From positions 56,929 to 120,928 of the forward strand of contig JAIETP010000015.1 in NCBI GenBank assembly GCA_019744975.1: 64,000 nucleotides of DNA, read 5' to 3'. Of this stretch, positions 30,931-42,209 are shown in pieces; within the stretch, counting starts at the first letter, position 1, and every line of letters begins with the position of its first letter. The position numbers and the translations under genes are program-made. This DNA comes from Burkholderiales bacterium. Its GTDB lineage: Bacteria; Pseudomonadota; Gammaproteobacteria; Burkholderiales; SG8-41. A model generated the notes under the pieces. The model saw nothing but the letters and a program-made list of their open reading frames with translations, ran no database searches and was not told the DNA's origin.

Positions 30931-31362
30931 ATGAAAGTATCCCGCTCGGCACTGGTCAACTTCAGCGCGGCGCAGATGTTCGACCTGGTGGATGACATCG
31001 AGCGATATCCTGAATTTCTGCCGTGGTGCAGCGGCACGGCGGTGACTTTGCGCAACCCGGCGACCACCTGCGCGACCATAAACATCAGCTACCGCGGCAT
31101 TCGACAGCAGTTTTCGACTGAAAATCACAAGCGGTTTCCGGATCGGATGACCATGCAGCTCGTCGAAGGCCCCTTCAGGGCGCTGGATGGTGAATGGCGG
31201 TTTACGCCGCTCGACGAGCAGGCCTGCAGGATTGACTTCCAGCTGCATTATGAGTTTTCCAGCATTTTGCTGGAAAAACTGCTGGGCCCTGTTTTCGGCT
31301 ATATCACCGGCACCATGGTGGATGCTTTCCTGAAGCGGGCAGAGCAGTTGCACAAAGCGTGA
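30931..31362 (+). CDS. ratA: SRPBCC-family RatA / ubiquinone-binding (COQ10-like) protein
   Basis: ..YPEFLPWC.. motif; smpB-ratA-rnfH synteny. Confidence 0.85.
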   Translation: MKVSRSALVNFSAAQMFDLVDDIERYPEFLPWCSGTAVTLRNPATTCATINISYRGIRQQFSTENHKRFPDRMTMQLVEGPFRALDGEWRFTPLDEQACRIDFQLHYEFSSILLEKLLGPVFGYITGTMVDAFLKRAEQLHKA

Positions 31363-31367
31363 GCTGG

Positions 31368-31637
31368 ATGAAAATCTCTGTCGTTTACGCATTACCCGAT
31401 CGGCAAATCGTTCGGGAATTGGAGTTGCCCATCGGCGCGACCGCCGGTTTTGCGTTGCGGGAATCAGGATTGTTGCGGGAGTTTCCGGGAATTGATCCGG
31501 ACGCGACACCGCTTGGAATATACGGGATCGTTGTATCCGGTGATGCCGTGCTGCGGCACGGGGATCGGCTGGAAATCTATCGGCCGCTGAATGTCGAACC
31601 CAAGGCGGCGCGAAGGCTGCGCAGCAAAAAACGCTGA
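31368..31637 (+). CDS. rnfH: RnfH-family ubiquitin-like protein
   Basis: MKISVVYALPDRQ.. and ..GDRLEIYRPL.. Confidence 0.85.
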   Translation: MKISVVYALPDRQIVRELELPIGATAGFALRESGLLREFPGIDPDATPLGIYGIVVSGDAVLRHGDRLEIYRPLNVEPKAARRLRSKKR

Positions 31638-31639
31638 GG

Positions 31640-31698
31640 GGTTATTTGCGGTTGCTTGTTTGCAACGGCTTATTTACAACTGCTTATTTGCAATTGCT
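31640..31698 (+). repeat. 4 (+1 partial) x 14-bp tandem repeat, unit GCTTATTTGCAAYN
   Basis: ggttatttgcggtt / gcttgtttgcaacg / gcttatttacaact / gcttatttgcaatt / gctttcc. The last copies overlap the stop codon and final codons of the minus-strand gene. Confidence 0.9.
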
Positions 31699-32139
31699 TT
31701 CCACTGCGCGCTGAGCCCGCGCTGTTTCCGAGGCGCGCTCGCCGTCTTCCATGAATACGCGCTCACCGGTCACTGGATCGGTTTTTCCGATCCGGTTTCC
31801 GGATTGCAGGCTGGTCAGGTAAGACTTCGCCGCTTCGCAGTTCTGCTTTTGATCAGCAGTTTGCTGGTTCTTTTCCTCGCTTTTTTTGGCCGCTTCCTGC
31901 TGCTCGGTGGCGCGTTTACGGAAATCGGCCTCACGTTCGGCCAGGGATTTTTGCGGGCTTGCCGGGGCTGCCGCCGGATTGTTGCGGATGCCGGTGTTCT
32001 CCGCCTTGGTGCCGGGAGGGCAGACGGCGGCAAATTCAACCCGGCCACCGGCGCCGATGCACTTCATGATCTGGGCATGTACCGTAAACGGCAGGGAAGC
32101 AACAGCCAGAATTGCGACAAGACTTTTCATGGTCAACAC
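31684..32139 (-). CDS. Secreted DUF4124-like protein
   Basis: Signal peptide, a Cys-containing N-terminal module, and a charged coiled-coil middle region. Confidence 0.55.
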   Translation of the reverse strand: MLTMKSLVAILAVASLPFTVHAQIMKCIGAGGRVEFAAVCPPGTKAENTGIRNNPAAAPASPQKSLAEREADFRKRATEQQEAAKKSEEKNQQTADQKQNCEAAKSYLTSLQSGNRIGKTDPVTGERVFMEDGERASETARAQRAVESNCK

Positions 32140-32305
32140 CTGCTTAATTTTGGGGGGTGTAGCCGTAATGCCTGTAATGCCGATCGGAGCGAGACTGCCC
32201 AGAAAATAGCCAGTTTGCGCACTGCCGTCAATGGAATAACGCCGCAGTCAGTTTACCGTTTACGCCTCAGCGCCTATAATCCGCGCTTTGCGAAGGACGC
32301 AACCC

Positions 32306-33772
32306 ATGCGCGTGGTGCAGAAAGCCCTGACTTTCGACGATGTGCTGCTGATTCCGGCACATTCCTCAATCCTGCCGCGTGAAGTCAGCCTCAAAACCAA
32401 GCTTACCCGCGGCATCTCCCTGAACATACCGCTGCTGTCGGCGGCGATGGATACCGTGACGGAATCCCGCCTCGCGATCGCCATTGCCCAGGAAGGCGGC
32501 ATCGGCATCGTCCACAAGAACATGACACCGAAGGCGCAGGCCGTCGAGGTCACCAAGGTCAAACGGTTCGAGAGCGGCATCGTCAAGGATCCGATCACCA
32601 TCACGCAGGACATGACGGTGAAGGACGTGCTGGCACTGACCCGGCAGCACCGTATCTCCGGCCTGCCGGTGGTCGGCGCCGACGGCAAGGTGGTCGGCAT
32701 CGTGACCAACCGCGACCTGCGTTTTGAAAGCAAGCTGAACCAGCCGGTCAAAAACATCATGACGCCACGCGCCAGGCTGATCACAGTGCGCGAAGGTTCG
32801 GGCCGGGAAGAGGCCAGGATGCTGATGCATAAACACCGGCTGGAGCGCGTGCTGGTGGTCAACAAGAATTTCGAGTTGCGCGGCCTGATCACGGTCAAGG
32901 ACATCCTCAAATCCTCCGAGCATCCGAACGCCTGCAAGGACAAGCTGGGCCGCTTGCGTGTCGGTGCGGCGGTGGGCGTCGGCGAAGGCACTGAAGAGCG
33001 TGCCGAGGCACTGGTCGAAGCCGGGGTTGATGTCATCATCGTCGATACCGCGCACGGCCATTCGGAAGGCGTGCTGAAACGCGTGCGCTGGCTGAAACGC
33101 ACATACCCGAAACTGCAGGTCATCGGCGGCAATATCGCCACCGCTTCCGCGGCCAAAGCACTGGTCGACCATGGTGTCGATGGCGTCAAGGTCGGCATCG
33201 GTCCGGGTTCGATCTGCACCACGCGCATCGTTGCCGGTATCGGTGTGCCGCAAATCACCGCCGTGGACAATGTTGCAAAGGCGTTGGCAAAAACCGATGT
33301 GCCGCTGATCGCCGACGGCGGCATCCGTTATTCCGGCGATATTGCCAAGGCCATTGCCGCCGGCGCCCATTCGGTGATGGTCGGCAGCCTGTTTGCCGGC
33401 ACCGAAGAATCCCCGGGCGAAATCGAACTGTTTCAGGGCCGCTCCTACAAGTCTTACCGCGGCATGGGCTCTCTGGGCGCGATGCAGCAAGGTTCCGCCG
33501 ATCGCTATTTCCAGGAACTCGACGAACTCGATACTGAAAAACTGGTGCCCGAGGGCGTTGAAGGCCGTGTGCCGTACAAGGGCGGGGTGGCGCCGCTGAT
33601 CCATCAACTGATGGGCGGTCTGCGTGCAAGCATGGGTTATATGGGTTGCGGCAGCGTCGATGCCATCCGCCGTGAAGCCGAGTTCGTCGAGATCACCTCG
33701 GCAGGCATCCGCGAATCCCATGTGCATGACGTGCAAATCGTCAAGGAAGCACCGAACTATCGTGTCGAATAA
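32306..33772 (+). CDS. guaB: IMP dehydrogenase
   Basis: [20 protein letters not shown].., a CBS pair, and the catalytic loop ..[11 protein letters not shown].. Confidence 0.98.
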   Translation: MRVVQKALTFDDVLLIPAHSSILPREVSLKTKLTRGISLNIPLLSAAMDTVTESRLAIAIAQEGGIGIVHKNMTPKAQAVEVTKVKRFESGIVKDPITITQDMTVKDVLALTRQHRISGLPVVGADGKVVGIVTNRDLRFESKLNQPVKNIMTPRARLITVREGSGREEARMLMHKHRLERVLVVNKNFELRGLITVKDILKSSEHPNACKDKLGRLRVGAAVGVGEGTEERAEALVEAGVDVIIVDTAHGHSEGVLKRVRWLKRTYPKLQVIGGNIATASAAKALVDHGVDGVKVGIGPGSICTTRIVAGIGVPQITAVDNVAKALAKTDVPLIADGGIRYSGDIAKAIAAGAHSVMVGSLFAGTEESPGEIELFQGRSYKSYRGMGSLGAMQQGSADRYFQELDELDTEKLVPEGVEGRVPYKGGVAPLIHQLMGGLRASMGYMGCGSVDAIRREAEFVEITSAGIRESHVHDVQIVKEAPNYRVE

Positions 33773-33844
33773 TTCGCGTTGAATGATCGCTCCGCCGGCG
33801 CCCTGTGCGCCGGCGCCTGAAAACCAGACGTAACGGTCCCGTCC

Positions 33845-35410
33845 GTGCACCACGAAAAAATCCTGATTCTCGATTTCGGTTCGCAATACACCCAGTTGAT
33901 TGCGCGCCGGGTGCGCGAACTTCATGTTTACTGCGAACTGCACCCGCATGACGTCACGGAAGATTTCATCCGGACGTTCAAACCAGACGGGGTGATCCTG
34001 TCCGGCGGCCCGGCTTCCGTATGGGAAGACAGCACGCCGCGCGCCCCGGCCCTGGTGTACGAACTGGGCGTGCCGGTATTGGGTATTTGTTACGGCATGC
34101 AAACCATGGCGGAGCAGCTGGGCGGCAAGGTCGAGATGGGCAAGGTGCGCGAATTCGGTTATGCCGAAGTGCGCGCACGCGGCCATACCGCGTTGCTGAG
34201 GGACATTCAGGACCGGACCACAACCGACGGCCACGGCATGCTCGACGTGTGGATGAGCCACGGCGATAAGGTCATCGACCTGCCGCCGGGCTTCAAGCTG
34301 ATGGCCAGCAACGCGACCTGTCCGATCGCCGGCATGGCCGACGAGGCGCGCAAATTCTACGCCGTGCAGTTCCACCCCGAAGTCACGCACACGCTGCAGG
34401 GCAGGGCATTGATCGAACGCTTCGTGCTGGGGATCTGTGGATTGGCCGGCGACTGGAGCATGCCCAATTACGTCGAAGAAGCCGTTGCGCGCATCCGTCG
34501 CGATGTCGGTGACGAAGAGGTCATCCTCGGTCTGTCGGGCGGTGTTGACTCTTCAGTGGCTGCAGCGCTGATCCACCGTGCCATTGGTAAACAACTGACC
34601 TGTGTATTCGTTGATAACGGCCTGCTGCGCCTGAACGAAGCGGAGCAGGTGATGGCGACTTTTGCGCAGAATCTCGGCGTCCGGGTGATTCACGTCAACG
34701 CCCGCGACCAGTTCATGGGCCATCTGGCGGGCGTCACCGATCCGGAACAAAAACGCAAAATCATCGGCCGCGAGTTCATCGAGATTTTCCAAGCCGAGTC
34801 GGCAAAATTGCCCAAAGCCAAGTGGCTGGCGCAGGGCACGATCTACCCGGACGTCATCGAGTCAGCCGGCGCCAAAACCAAAAAAGCGCACACCATTAAA
34901 TCGCACCACAATGTCGGCGGCCTGCCGGACACACTGCACCTGAAACTGCTGGAACCGCTGCGCGAACTGTTCAAGGACGAAGTGCGCGATCTGGGCCTGG
35001 CCCTTGGCCTGCCCCGCGACATGGTGTTCCGCCATCCTTTTCCGGGCCCCGGCCTGGGTGTGCGCATCCTCGGCGAGGTCAAGGCGCAATACGCCGACCT
35101 GCTGCGCGAAGCCGACGCGATTTTTATAGAAGAACTGCGTGCCGCTGACTGGTATGAAAAAACCGCGCAGGCTTTTGCCGTGTTTCTGCCGGTCAAATCG
35201 GTGGGCGTGATGGGCGACGGCCGCACTTATGAATATGTGGTCGCGTTGCGTGCGGTGCAGACCACGGACTTCATGACCGCGCACTGGGCCGAACTGCCGT
35301 ACAGCCTGCTGGCCAAGGTATCGAACCGCATTATCAACGAGGTGCGCGGCATCAATCGCGTGGTGTACGACATCTCGGGCAAGCCGCCGGCGACTATCGA
35401 GTGGGAATAA
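33845..35410 (+). CDS. guaA: Glutamine-hydrolysing GMP synthase
   Basis: GATase domain, ATP-PPase motif (SGGVDSS) and the C-terminus ..PPATIEWE; GTG start. Confidence 0.98.
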   Translation: MHHEKILILDFGSQYTQLIARRVRELHVYCELHPHDVTEDFIRTFKPDGVILSGGPASVWEDSTPRAPALVYELGVPVLGICYGMQTMAEQLGGKVEMGKVREFGYAEVRARGHTALLRDIQDRTTTDGHGMLDVWMSHGDKVIDLPPGFKLMASNATCPIAGMADEARKFYAVQFHPEVTHTLQGRALIERFVLGICGLAGDWSMPNYVEEAVARIRRDVGDEEVILGLSGGVDSSVAAALIHRAIGKQLTCVFVDNGLLRLNEAEQVMATFAQNLGVRVIHVNARDQFMGHLAGVTDPEQKRKIIGREFIEIFQAESAKLPKAKWLAQGTIYPDVIESAGAKTKKAHTIKSHHNVGGLPDTLHLKLLEPLRELFKDEVRDLGLALGLPRDMVFRHPFPGPGLGVRILGEVKAQYADLLREADAIFIEELRAADWYEKTAQAFAVFLPVKSVGVMGDGRTYEYVVALRAVQTTDFMTAHWAELPYSLLAKVSNRIINEVRGINRVVYDISGKPPATIEWE

Positions 35411-35507
35411 CGTTTAGCAGGGTGGAACAGGGGCGCCGCAAAGCTGGGATTCGCCCCGGAGGAAAACCCCCTTGGGCCTGAGCGACCCGCAATAAAAAGG
35501 ATTCCGA

Positions 35508-35861
35508 ATGACTATTGCCCTGCATGGCATTCGCAATTGCGACACCATGAAAAAAGCGCGTGCATGGCTGGACACGCATCAAGTGGATTACGTTTTCCAC
35601 GATTACAAAACAGCAGGCATTGACGCCGATCGCCTGCAGCGCTGGTGCAGGGAACTGGGCTGGGAAACTTTGCTCAACCGCGCCGGCACCACCTTCCGCA
35701 AACTGCCCGACGCGGACAAACAGGGTCTCACTGAACGCAAGGCCATCGCACTGATGCTGGCGCAGCCGTCGATGATCAAGCGCCCGGTGCTGGACCTCGG
35801 CAAACAACGGTTGGTTGGTTTCAATCCGGAACTCTACGAGCGCGCATTACGCGCAAACTGA
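35508..35861 (+). CDS. ArsC/Spx-family reductase-like protein (YffB type)
   Basis: MTIALHGIRNCDTMKKARAWL.. Confidence 0.8.
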   Translation: MTIALHGIRNCDTMKKARAWLDTHQVDYVFHDYKTAGIDADRLQRWCRELGWETLLNRAGTTFRKLPDADKQGLTERKAIALMLAQPSMIKRPVLDLGKQRLVGFNPELYERALRAN

Positions 35862-36799
<938 letters not shown>

Positions 36800-37003
36800 A
36801 CAAATAGTTAGCCAATTTTGCCGTTTTGCACGCAGCGCGTCATGGGCTGATCTGCTCTCGGTCAAGCCTCTTTTTAGTGCAAAATAACTATTTAAAATCA
36901 ATACTCTGATGCTTTCATGCGCAATCATTGTGCATCGCGCCAGAATGGGCTAAATTGTGCGCCGCAACTGCCGAGCACCGGCGGTCAATACTAAAGGTAA
37001 TAC

Positions 37004-37744
37004 ATGCGACTCAAAGACAAGGTGGCCATCATCACTGGCGCCGGCAGGGGAATCGGGCAGGCCACGGCAGTCAAATTTGCGCGCGAAGGCGCCAAAGTCA
37101 TGGTTTGTGACATCAAGCAGGACTGGATCGACGATACCGTCCAGCAGTGCAAGGCAGCAGGCAGCGACGCCATCGGCCAGATCGCCGATGTGCGCGACAT
37201 GAAATCGCTGGAAGCCATGGTCAAGACCACTGTGGATAAATGGGGCCGGGTGGACTGCCTGGTCAACAACGCCGGCATCGTTGCCGATGCGCAAATGAAA
37301 AACATGACGGAAGAGCAGTTCGACAACGTGATCGGCATCAACCTCAAGGGTGTCTATAACTGCACCAAGGCGGTAGTGAACAAGATGCTCGAACAGCAGT
37401 CCGGCGTGATCCTCAACTCCTCCTCCATCGTCGGCCTTCATGGCAATTTCGGCCAGACCAACTATGCCGCGGCCAAATTCGGTGTCATCGGCATGGCCAA
37501 GACCTGGGCGCGCGAACTGGGCCGCAAGGGCATCCGCTCCAATGCCGTTTGCCCTGGATTCATCTCAACGCCGATCATCAGCACGGTCCCGGAAAAAGTC
37601 ATCCATGCGCTGGAAGAGCGCGTACCGATGGGCCGTCTCGGCAAACCGGAAGAAATCGCCAATACCTTTGCCTTTCTCGCTTCCGACGAGGCCAGCTACA
37701 TCAACGGCGCCGTCATCGAAGTCAGCGGTGGCCTGACGATCTGA
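37004..37744 (+). CDS. Short-chain dehydrogenase/reductase (FabG-like 3-oxoacyl reductase)
   Basis: TGAGRGIG cofactor motif, the NNAG motif and the YxxxK (YAAAK) catalytic motif. Confidence 0.85.
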   Translation: MRLKDKVAIITGAGRGIGQATAVKFAREGAKVMVCDIKQDWIDDTVQQCKAAGSDAIGQIADVRDMKSLEAMVKTTVDKWGRVDCLVNNAGIVADAQMKNMTEEQFDNVIGINLKGVYNCTKAVVNKMLEQQSGVILNSSSIVGLHGNFGQTNYAAAKFGVIGMAKTWARELGRKGIRSNAVCPGFISTPIISTVPEKVIHALEERVPMGRLGKPEEIANTFAFLASDEASYINGAVIEVSGGLTI

Positions 37745-37818
37745 TTGAACAAGCGCCGCCTGGCGCCTGGTTTTGATGCGGTTTTTGCAGGGAACACCGC
37801 GCTGACTATAATCAGCGC

Positions 37819-38253
37819 ATGCATCCGCCCCCGAAATTCACCGTCCGCGCCGCCTCATGGCGCGATGACATCGCGCCGTTGCAGGATTTGCGGCGCTGGG
37901 TGTTCATCATCGAACAGCAGGTGCCGGAGGAACTGGAATGGGATGAAGCCGATCCCACGGCGGTCCATGCCCTGGCGCTGGATGCGGAGGGATGCCCGAT
38001 CGGCACCGGCCGCTTGCTGGACGACGGCCATATCGGCCGCATTGCCGTTGTCCGCGAATGGCGCCGCCGCGGCGTTGGCAGTGCAATCCTCGAATGGCTG
38101 ATTGCCCGCGCCCGGGAGCAGGGCGCCAATTCGGTGCGCCTCCATGCCCAGACCCATGCGCTGGGTTTTTATGCCAGGCACGGCTTCATTGCCCATGGCG
38201 AGGTATTCACCGAGGCCGGTATCCTGCACCGGGCCATGTCGCTCAGCTGGTAA
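37819..38253 (+). CDS. GNAT-family N-acetyltransferase
   Basis: ..REWRRRGVGSAILEWL.. acetyl-CoA binding motif. Confidence 0.8.
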   Translation: MHPPPKFTVRAASWRDDIAPLQDLRRWVFIIEQQVPEELEWDEADPTAVHALALDAEGCPIGTGRLLDDGHIGRIAVVREWRRRGVGSAILEWLIARAREQGANSVRLHAQTHALGFYARHGFIAHGEVFTEAGILHRAMSLSW

Positions 38254-39034
38254 TGGCGGGGGCGCGTTCCAGGCGGAAGGCGCGGGCATCAGCGCCCAGT
38301 GGTGCGCCGTGGGGGCCAAAACGTTTTTCGTGGACGAATACGTCACCCGATGCATGAACCAGCAGCACGGTGGATGTGCGTGTGCCGTAATGCTCGCCGC
38401 TGATGAACGGCGGCGACAGTTCGCGTTCGCGCTGGCGGTCGATGCCGGTGTCGGGCAATGACGCATCCTGCGCGATACCGCGGTCGGCAAGCACCGCAAA
38501 CAGCGTTGCGCTGATGGCATCTGCATCTTCGAGATTCCGGGTGGCGGCGACTGCAGCGCATCCGACGGTAACCTTGGGCCAGGGCGTATCCAGCAGATGG
38601 TTGCTCAGGCCGTGTATGCCGGGCGTTACCAGATTGATGCCAGTGCCGCGATTGGAATAAAAAACCAGATGATCCAGATCACCCGCGATCATGCTGAACG
38701 GGTTGTAGTCATGGACGGACTGCGCCGCCTTGCCGAAATAGTCGGCAGCGGCGGCGTCGCCGGCGAGAAACCCGCTGACCAGTTCACCGCGCGAACGCGG
38801 CGCCACGGCGCCGGGCCGGCCTTCGCGGTAATTGGTGATTGCGGCAAAACGGCCATGGGTATGGATGCCCATCCAGGTGCCACCTTTTTCCAGATCGCGG
38901 CCGCCGTAAATATCGGGATGGTCATCCCAGAATCCGGCTGCCGCGGCAGGGCGGCTGTAATGCTCGTCGCGGTTGGCGGCAACCACCAACGGAAAGTGGC
39001 GATGCGCACGGAAACTGAACAGGATCAGGCACAT
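38243..39034 (-). CDS. NRDE-family (TANGO2-like, DUF833) protein
   Basis: MCLILF.. N-terminal Cys and ..AANRDE.. motif. Confidence 0.8.
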   Translation of the reverse strand: MCLILFSFRAHRHFPLVVAANRDEHYSRPAAAAGFWDDHPDIYGGRDLEKGGTWMGIHTHGRFAAITNYREGRPGAVAPRSRGELVSGFLAGDAAAADYFGKAAQSVHDYNPFSMIAGDLDHLVFYSNRGTGINLVTPGIHGLSNHLLDTPWPKVTVGCAAVAATRNLEDADAISATLFAVLADRGIAQDASLPDTGIDRQRERELSPPFISGEHYGTRTSTVLLVHASGDVFVHEKRFGPHGAPLGADARAFRLERAPAITS

Positions 39035-39038
39035 TGCT

Positions 39039-39338
39039 TTATTCCGCGAAACATTCGGTATGCCGCGCGCTGCCGGCCTGGAGCAGGGCGTTGATCCCGG
39101 ACACAGCCACGGCTTCGGCGAGTTCCCATTCGAACTTCGCCTCGTCGCTTACCGGTTCGTAGATTTCCATCCACAACAGCGGCTCATTGCGCTTTTTCAG
39201 TACGCGACCCTGGACACCGGTACGATTTCGCATGATTGCCAGCAATTTCTGAACGGCAGCGGCGCAGGCCTCAGCCTGCGCGGCATCGACGCGGTAATAG
39301 ATGTAATACGACCAGGACATGCTCAATCCGTCTTTCAA
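39039..39338 (-). CDS. DUF4936-family small protein
   Basis: ..YYIYYRV.. N-terminus; 99 aa; conserved partner position next to ygfZ. Confidence 0.6.
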   Translation of the reverse strand: MKDGLSMSWSYYIYYRVDAAQAEACAAAVQKLLAIMRNRTGVQGRVLKKRNEPLLWMEIYEPVSDEAKFEWELAEAVAVSGINALLQAGSARHTECFAE

Positions 39339-40234
39339 CCTGTTTTGTAGGGCAGGGGCAGCAGTTCCAGCAGGGGGCCCTGCAATGAACCCAGATGATA
39401 CGGCGCGGATAGTGCATGCGCCGTCTGCATCACCGCCAACACCTCATGCCGGCCATCTGTGGCGGGTGCCACCGTGACGACCATGCCGGCGGACTGGTCG
39501 CCGAGTTCCGCGCAGTACAGCTTGTCACCGGGCACCGCGAGGGCGGCAACACTGGCGCGGTACATGCGCTGCTTCAGCCTGCCGAGATAATGGGTGCGGG
39601 CGACGATCTCCTGGCCGGGATAACAACCCTTGCTGTAACTCAGTCCGCCGATCAGGTCGAGGTTGACCATCTGCGGCACAAATTCCTCCTGGGTCGCCGG
39701 CGTGATGAACGGAATGCCGGCCGCGATATCGAGTCCGCTCCAGGCATCATTGCCATCGGCCAGGTTCGCCTGTGTCCTCGGCATGACGGTCAGATACCGT
39801 GCCACAGGCAAAGAAATAACGGTCACGCCGTCACGTTCGACGACGCCATGCAGACGGTCGGGCGCTGCAGCGAGCCCTTGTGCGGCATCCACGCCATGGA
39901 CACCGACGCAGGCATGATCCGCTGTGATGTCTTCGACTTTCACCTTGGCGCGCAGCACGTACATCATCAGCCGTTTGCGGATCGGTTCCGCCAGTACTGA
40001 GGGCAGCAGCATCGTATAAGTCCCGCCGGCAGACCACAGCAGGAAGGTCGCCAGCAGCCGGCCTTTGGGCGTGCAATAGCCGCCGTAAGTACTGTTACCC
40101 GGTTGCAGCGCCGCCACATCACAGGTCAGCTGGCCCTGCAGAAACGATTGCGCATCCGCACCGGAAAAACGCAGCAGGGAATACTGCGGCAGATATTGGG
40201 AGACGACTGATTGAGTTGGGATTGCGGCGGTCAC
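39335..40234 (-). CDS. ygfZ: Folate-binding Fe-S cluster repair / tRNA-modifying protein YgfZ
   Basis: Aminomethyltransferase-like fold with ..KGCYPGQEIVARTHYLG.. motif. Confidence 0.88.
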   Translation of the reverse strand: MTAAIPTQSVVSQYLPQYSLLRFSGADAQSFLQGQLTCDVAALQPGNSTYGGYCTPKGRLLATFLLWSAGGTYTMLLPSVLAEPIRKRLMMYVLRAKVKVEDITADHACVGVHGVDAAQGLAAAPDRLHGVVERDGVTVISLPVARYLTVMPRTQANLADGNDAWSGLDIAAGIPFITPATQEEFVPQMVNLDLIGGLSYSKGCYPGQEIVARTHYLGRLKQRMYRASVAALAVPGDKLYCAELGDQSAGMVVTVAPATDGRHEVLAVMQTAHALSAPYHLGSLQGPLLELLPLPYKTG

Positions 40235-40306
40235 GGCTGATACCTGGAAAGATTGCTGACAGGACGAAATGACGAGTGCGGATGATAACGCATCTCGCGG
40301 AGCGTG

Positions 40307-40339
40307 AATTAAATTATCAATAAAATCAATTAGTTATAT
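40307..40339 (-). repeat. AT-rich dispersed repeat, core copy (ygfZ / ygfX-like divergent region)
   Basis: Its reverse complement reads atataactaattgattttattgataatttaatt. Confidence 0.9.
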
Positions 40340-40355
40340 AAACCCACTGGCGCGT

Positions 40356-40862
40356 TTGCATTCACCTTCTGAATCGGCTGCAATGGTTGCAATGAATGAT
40401 CACCGGATCCCGCGCATCGCGTCTTTGACGCTGCGGCCTTCCCGTCGCCTGGCTGCCATCCTGATTCTTGCGCATGCGGCAACCGGCGGCTTGCTGCTGG
40501 CGCTGCCATTGTCATCATGGCTGACGGCCGCTGCCAGCCTGATGCTGCTGGCCAGTGCAGCCTGGTGCGTACATCGATACGCAATGCTGCGTGGCCCGGG
40601 GGCGATCACCGCATTGGCCTTCAGTGATCGTGAAACCATACGCCTGACCCTGCGCGACGGCAGCACACAGGCCGGCCATGTGCTGGGCAGCAGCACGGTC
40701 GGCACAACGCTGGCGATACTGAACATCGCGCTCGCCGGAAAACGCCTGCCCGTGCATGTGGTGTTGCTGGGTGACAGTCTGGCTGCCGAAGATTTCCGCC
40801 GGCTGCGGGTATGGCTGCGCTGGGGGCCGCGACCGCAGGACGAAGAGCCGGCTGCCCCATGA
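40356..40862 (+). CDS. Hypothetical two-TM inner-membrane protein (YgfX/CptA-like)
   Basis: Two adjacent hydrophobic helices followed by a soluble tail ending ..FRRLRVWLRWG. The start is uncertain and no sdhE-like partner is seen. Confidence 0.4.
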   Translation: MHSPSESAAMVAMNDHRIPRIASLTLRPSRRLAAILILAHAATGGLLLALPLSSWLTAAASLMLLASAAWCVHRYAMLRGPGAITALAFSDRETIRLTLRDGSTQAGHVLGSSTVGTTLAILNIALAGKRLPVHVVLLGDSLAAEDFRRLRVWLRWGPRPQDEEPAAP

Positions 40863-40879
40863 ACTCTCATGAACTCATT

Positions 40880-42112
40880 TCAGCGCCCGGATTCCTCCGG
40901 CGGCTTCACCGCGCTGAACATTTTCAGCAGCGTCAGGTCGTAAACGATTTTCAATGCACCGCAGATCACCAGCGGCCAGCCAAAAGCGCTGATGGTCAGC
41001 AGCGCACCGGCGAGCGAGGGGCTCAGCGCGCTGGCCAGACTGCGCGGCACTGCCGTCACACTTGCCGCGGCCGGACGTTCTCCGGGCGACACCACGGCCA
41101 TGACATAGGACGTACGCGCCGGCACATCCATCGATGACAGGGCGCTGCGCAGGAATAAAAACAGCAGCGCCAGTTCCAGCGTGGGCATGAACGGGACCAG
41201 GATCAGAAACACGTTGGCCGGCAGGTGGGTGAACACCATGGTGTTGATCAAACCGAAGCGGGCGGCAATACGTGCCGCGGCCAGATGCGAAAAAGCGGTC
41301 AACAGTCCGGTCCAGAAAAATATCGTGCCGGCTGCCGTCACCGACAGATCGAAACGCTGGAACAGCCACAAGGCCAGCAGCGATTGCACCGCAAACCCGC
41401 CGGCAAAGGCATCAATGCTGAACAGAGCCGCCAGCGTGTAGACCATGCGTTTGGATTTGCCGAGAGGAACCGGCTGTTCATGGCGCTCCGGCTCCAGCGC
41501 CGGCGAAATGCGCAGGTAGAGCACAAAAGTGCTTGCACCCAGCAGCGCGTACAGCACAAACATCGCCTGGATCGCGGGCAGCAGATCACCACCCCGACCG
41601 GCATACAAATCCGGCAAGCCGGCGGCCTGCGCTCCCAGTGCCGCAATCAGGGCGCCGATCAGGCTGTAACGTGCAAACAACGCCGTGCGCGATTGTGCCG
41701 GCGCCGCGCGTGTCAGCAGCGTCTGTTCAAGAGGGGAAAACAGAGTCACATCACTTGCGGCAGGATTCAGCGTGCCGACCACGGCCACCACCAGCAGTGG
41801 CCAGAAATCGGTCAGCAAGGATGCGCCGAGACCGGTGGCCACCATCAGCAGGCTGGCGCCCAGCAGCAAATGACGGGTGGAATGGCGATGGGCAATAAAC
41901 CCGGTGGCCAGCGTCAGAAGGCCCGAACCGAGCAGCGTGGCTGTCACCAGAAGGCCGATCTGCAGCGCGCTGTAGCCGAGCAGGGTCAGGTAATAGGGCA
42001 GCAGCAGGCTGACAAAACCGTCGCCGAAAGCGCGCAGGGCGCGGGCGGCGAGCAGGGCGCGCGCATCGGGCAGGGTGCCCGGCGGCAACAGTGCATTACG
42101 GAAGGAAATCAT
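40880..42112 (-). CDS. MFS transporter
   Basis: About 12 predicted TM segments. The start at MISFRN (42112) avoids the overlap with the divergent GST gene. Confidence 0.8.
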   Translation of the reverse strand: MISFRNALLPPGTLPDARALLAARALRAFGDGFVSLLLPYYLTLLGYSALQIGLLVTATLLGSGLLTLATGFIAHRHSTRHLLLGASLLMVATGLGASLLTDFWPLLVVAVVGTLNPAASDVTLFSPLEQTLLTRAAPAQSRTALFARYSLIGALIAALGAQAAGLPDLYAGRGGDLLPAIQAMFVLYALLGASTFVLYLRISPALEPERHEQPVPLGKSKRMVYTLAALFSIDAFAGGFAVQSLLALWLFQRFDLSVTAAGTIFFWTGLLTAFSHLAAARIAARFGLINTMVFTHLPANVFLILVPFMPTLELALLFLFLRSALSSMDVPARTSYVMAVVSPGERPAAASVTAVPRSLASALSPSLAGALLTISAFGWPLVICGALKIVYDLTLLKMFSAVKPPEESGR

Positions 42113-42209
42113 GGCGAACCGCCGCAAGAGTAGCAGCAAATCCATGGCGAAAGCCGGAATGGCGCCTGCGTTATACTTCGCGCTTCCCTGATCCGCACCT
42201 GCCGGAGGC

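Noticed and set aside
31640-31698. The 14-bp tandem array as a CRISPR array.
   Set aside because: The repeats are contiguous with no spacers, are too short, and no cas genes are present anywhere in the window.
33793-33815. A 9-bp GC stem (CGCCGGCGC-cctgt-GCGCCGGCG) between guaB and guaA read as a terminator.
   Set aside because: No U-tract follows, and guaBA is normally co-transcribed. It is probably just an intercistronic stabilising hairpin and is not noteworthy.
32366-34390. Very long antisense ORFs. Examples are the 674-aa ORF opposite guaB/guaA, the 664-aa ORF at 43990..45984 opposite pckG, the 354/365-aa ORFs at 20878..22342 opposite rimP/nusA, 52788..54176 opposite the LLM and TctC genes, and 1357..2373 opposite clpB.
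   Set aside because: These are classic stop-codon-poor shadow frames of high-GC genes. Their products are Arg/Ala/Gly/Pro-rich low-complexity sequences with no recognisable motifs, and the opposite strand encodes unmistakable conserved proteins.
40356-40862. A YgfX/CptA-SdhE toxin-antitoxin pair next to ygfZ.
   Set aside because: No sdhE (ygfY)-like ORF is adjacent. The membrane protein assignment itself rests only on topology and a weak resemblance, so no TA-system claim is made.
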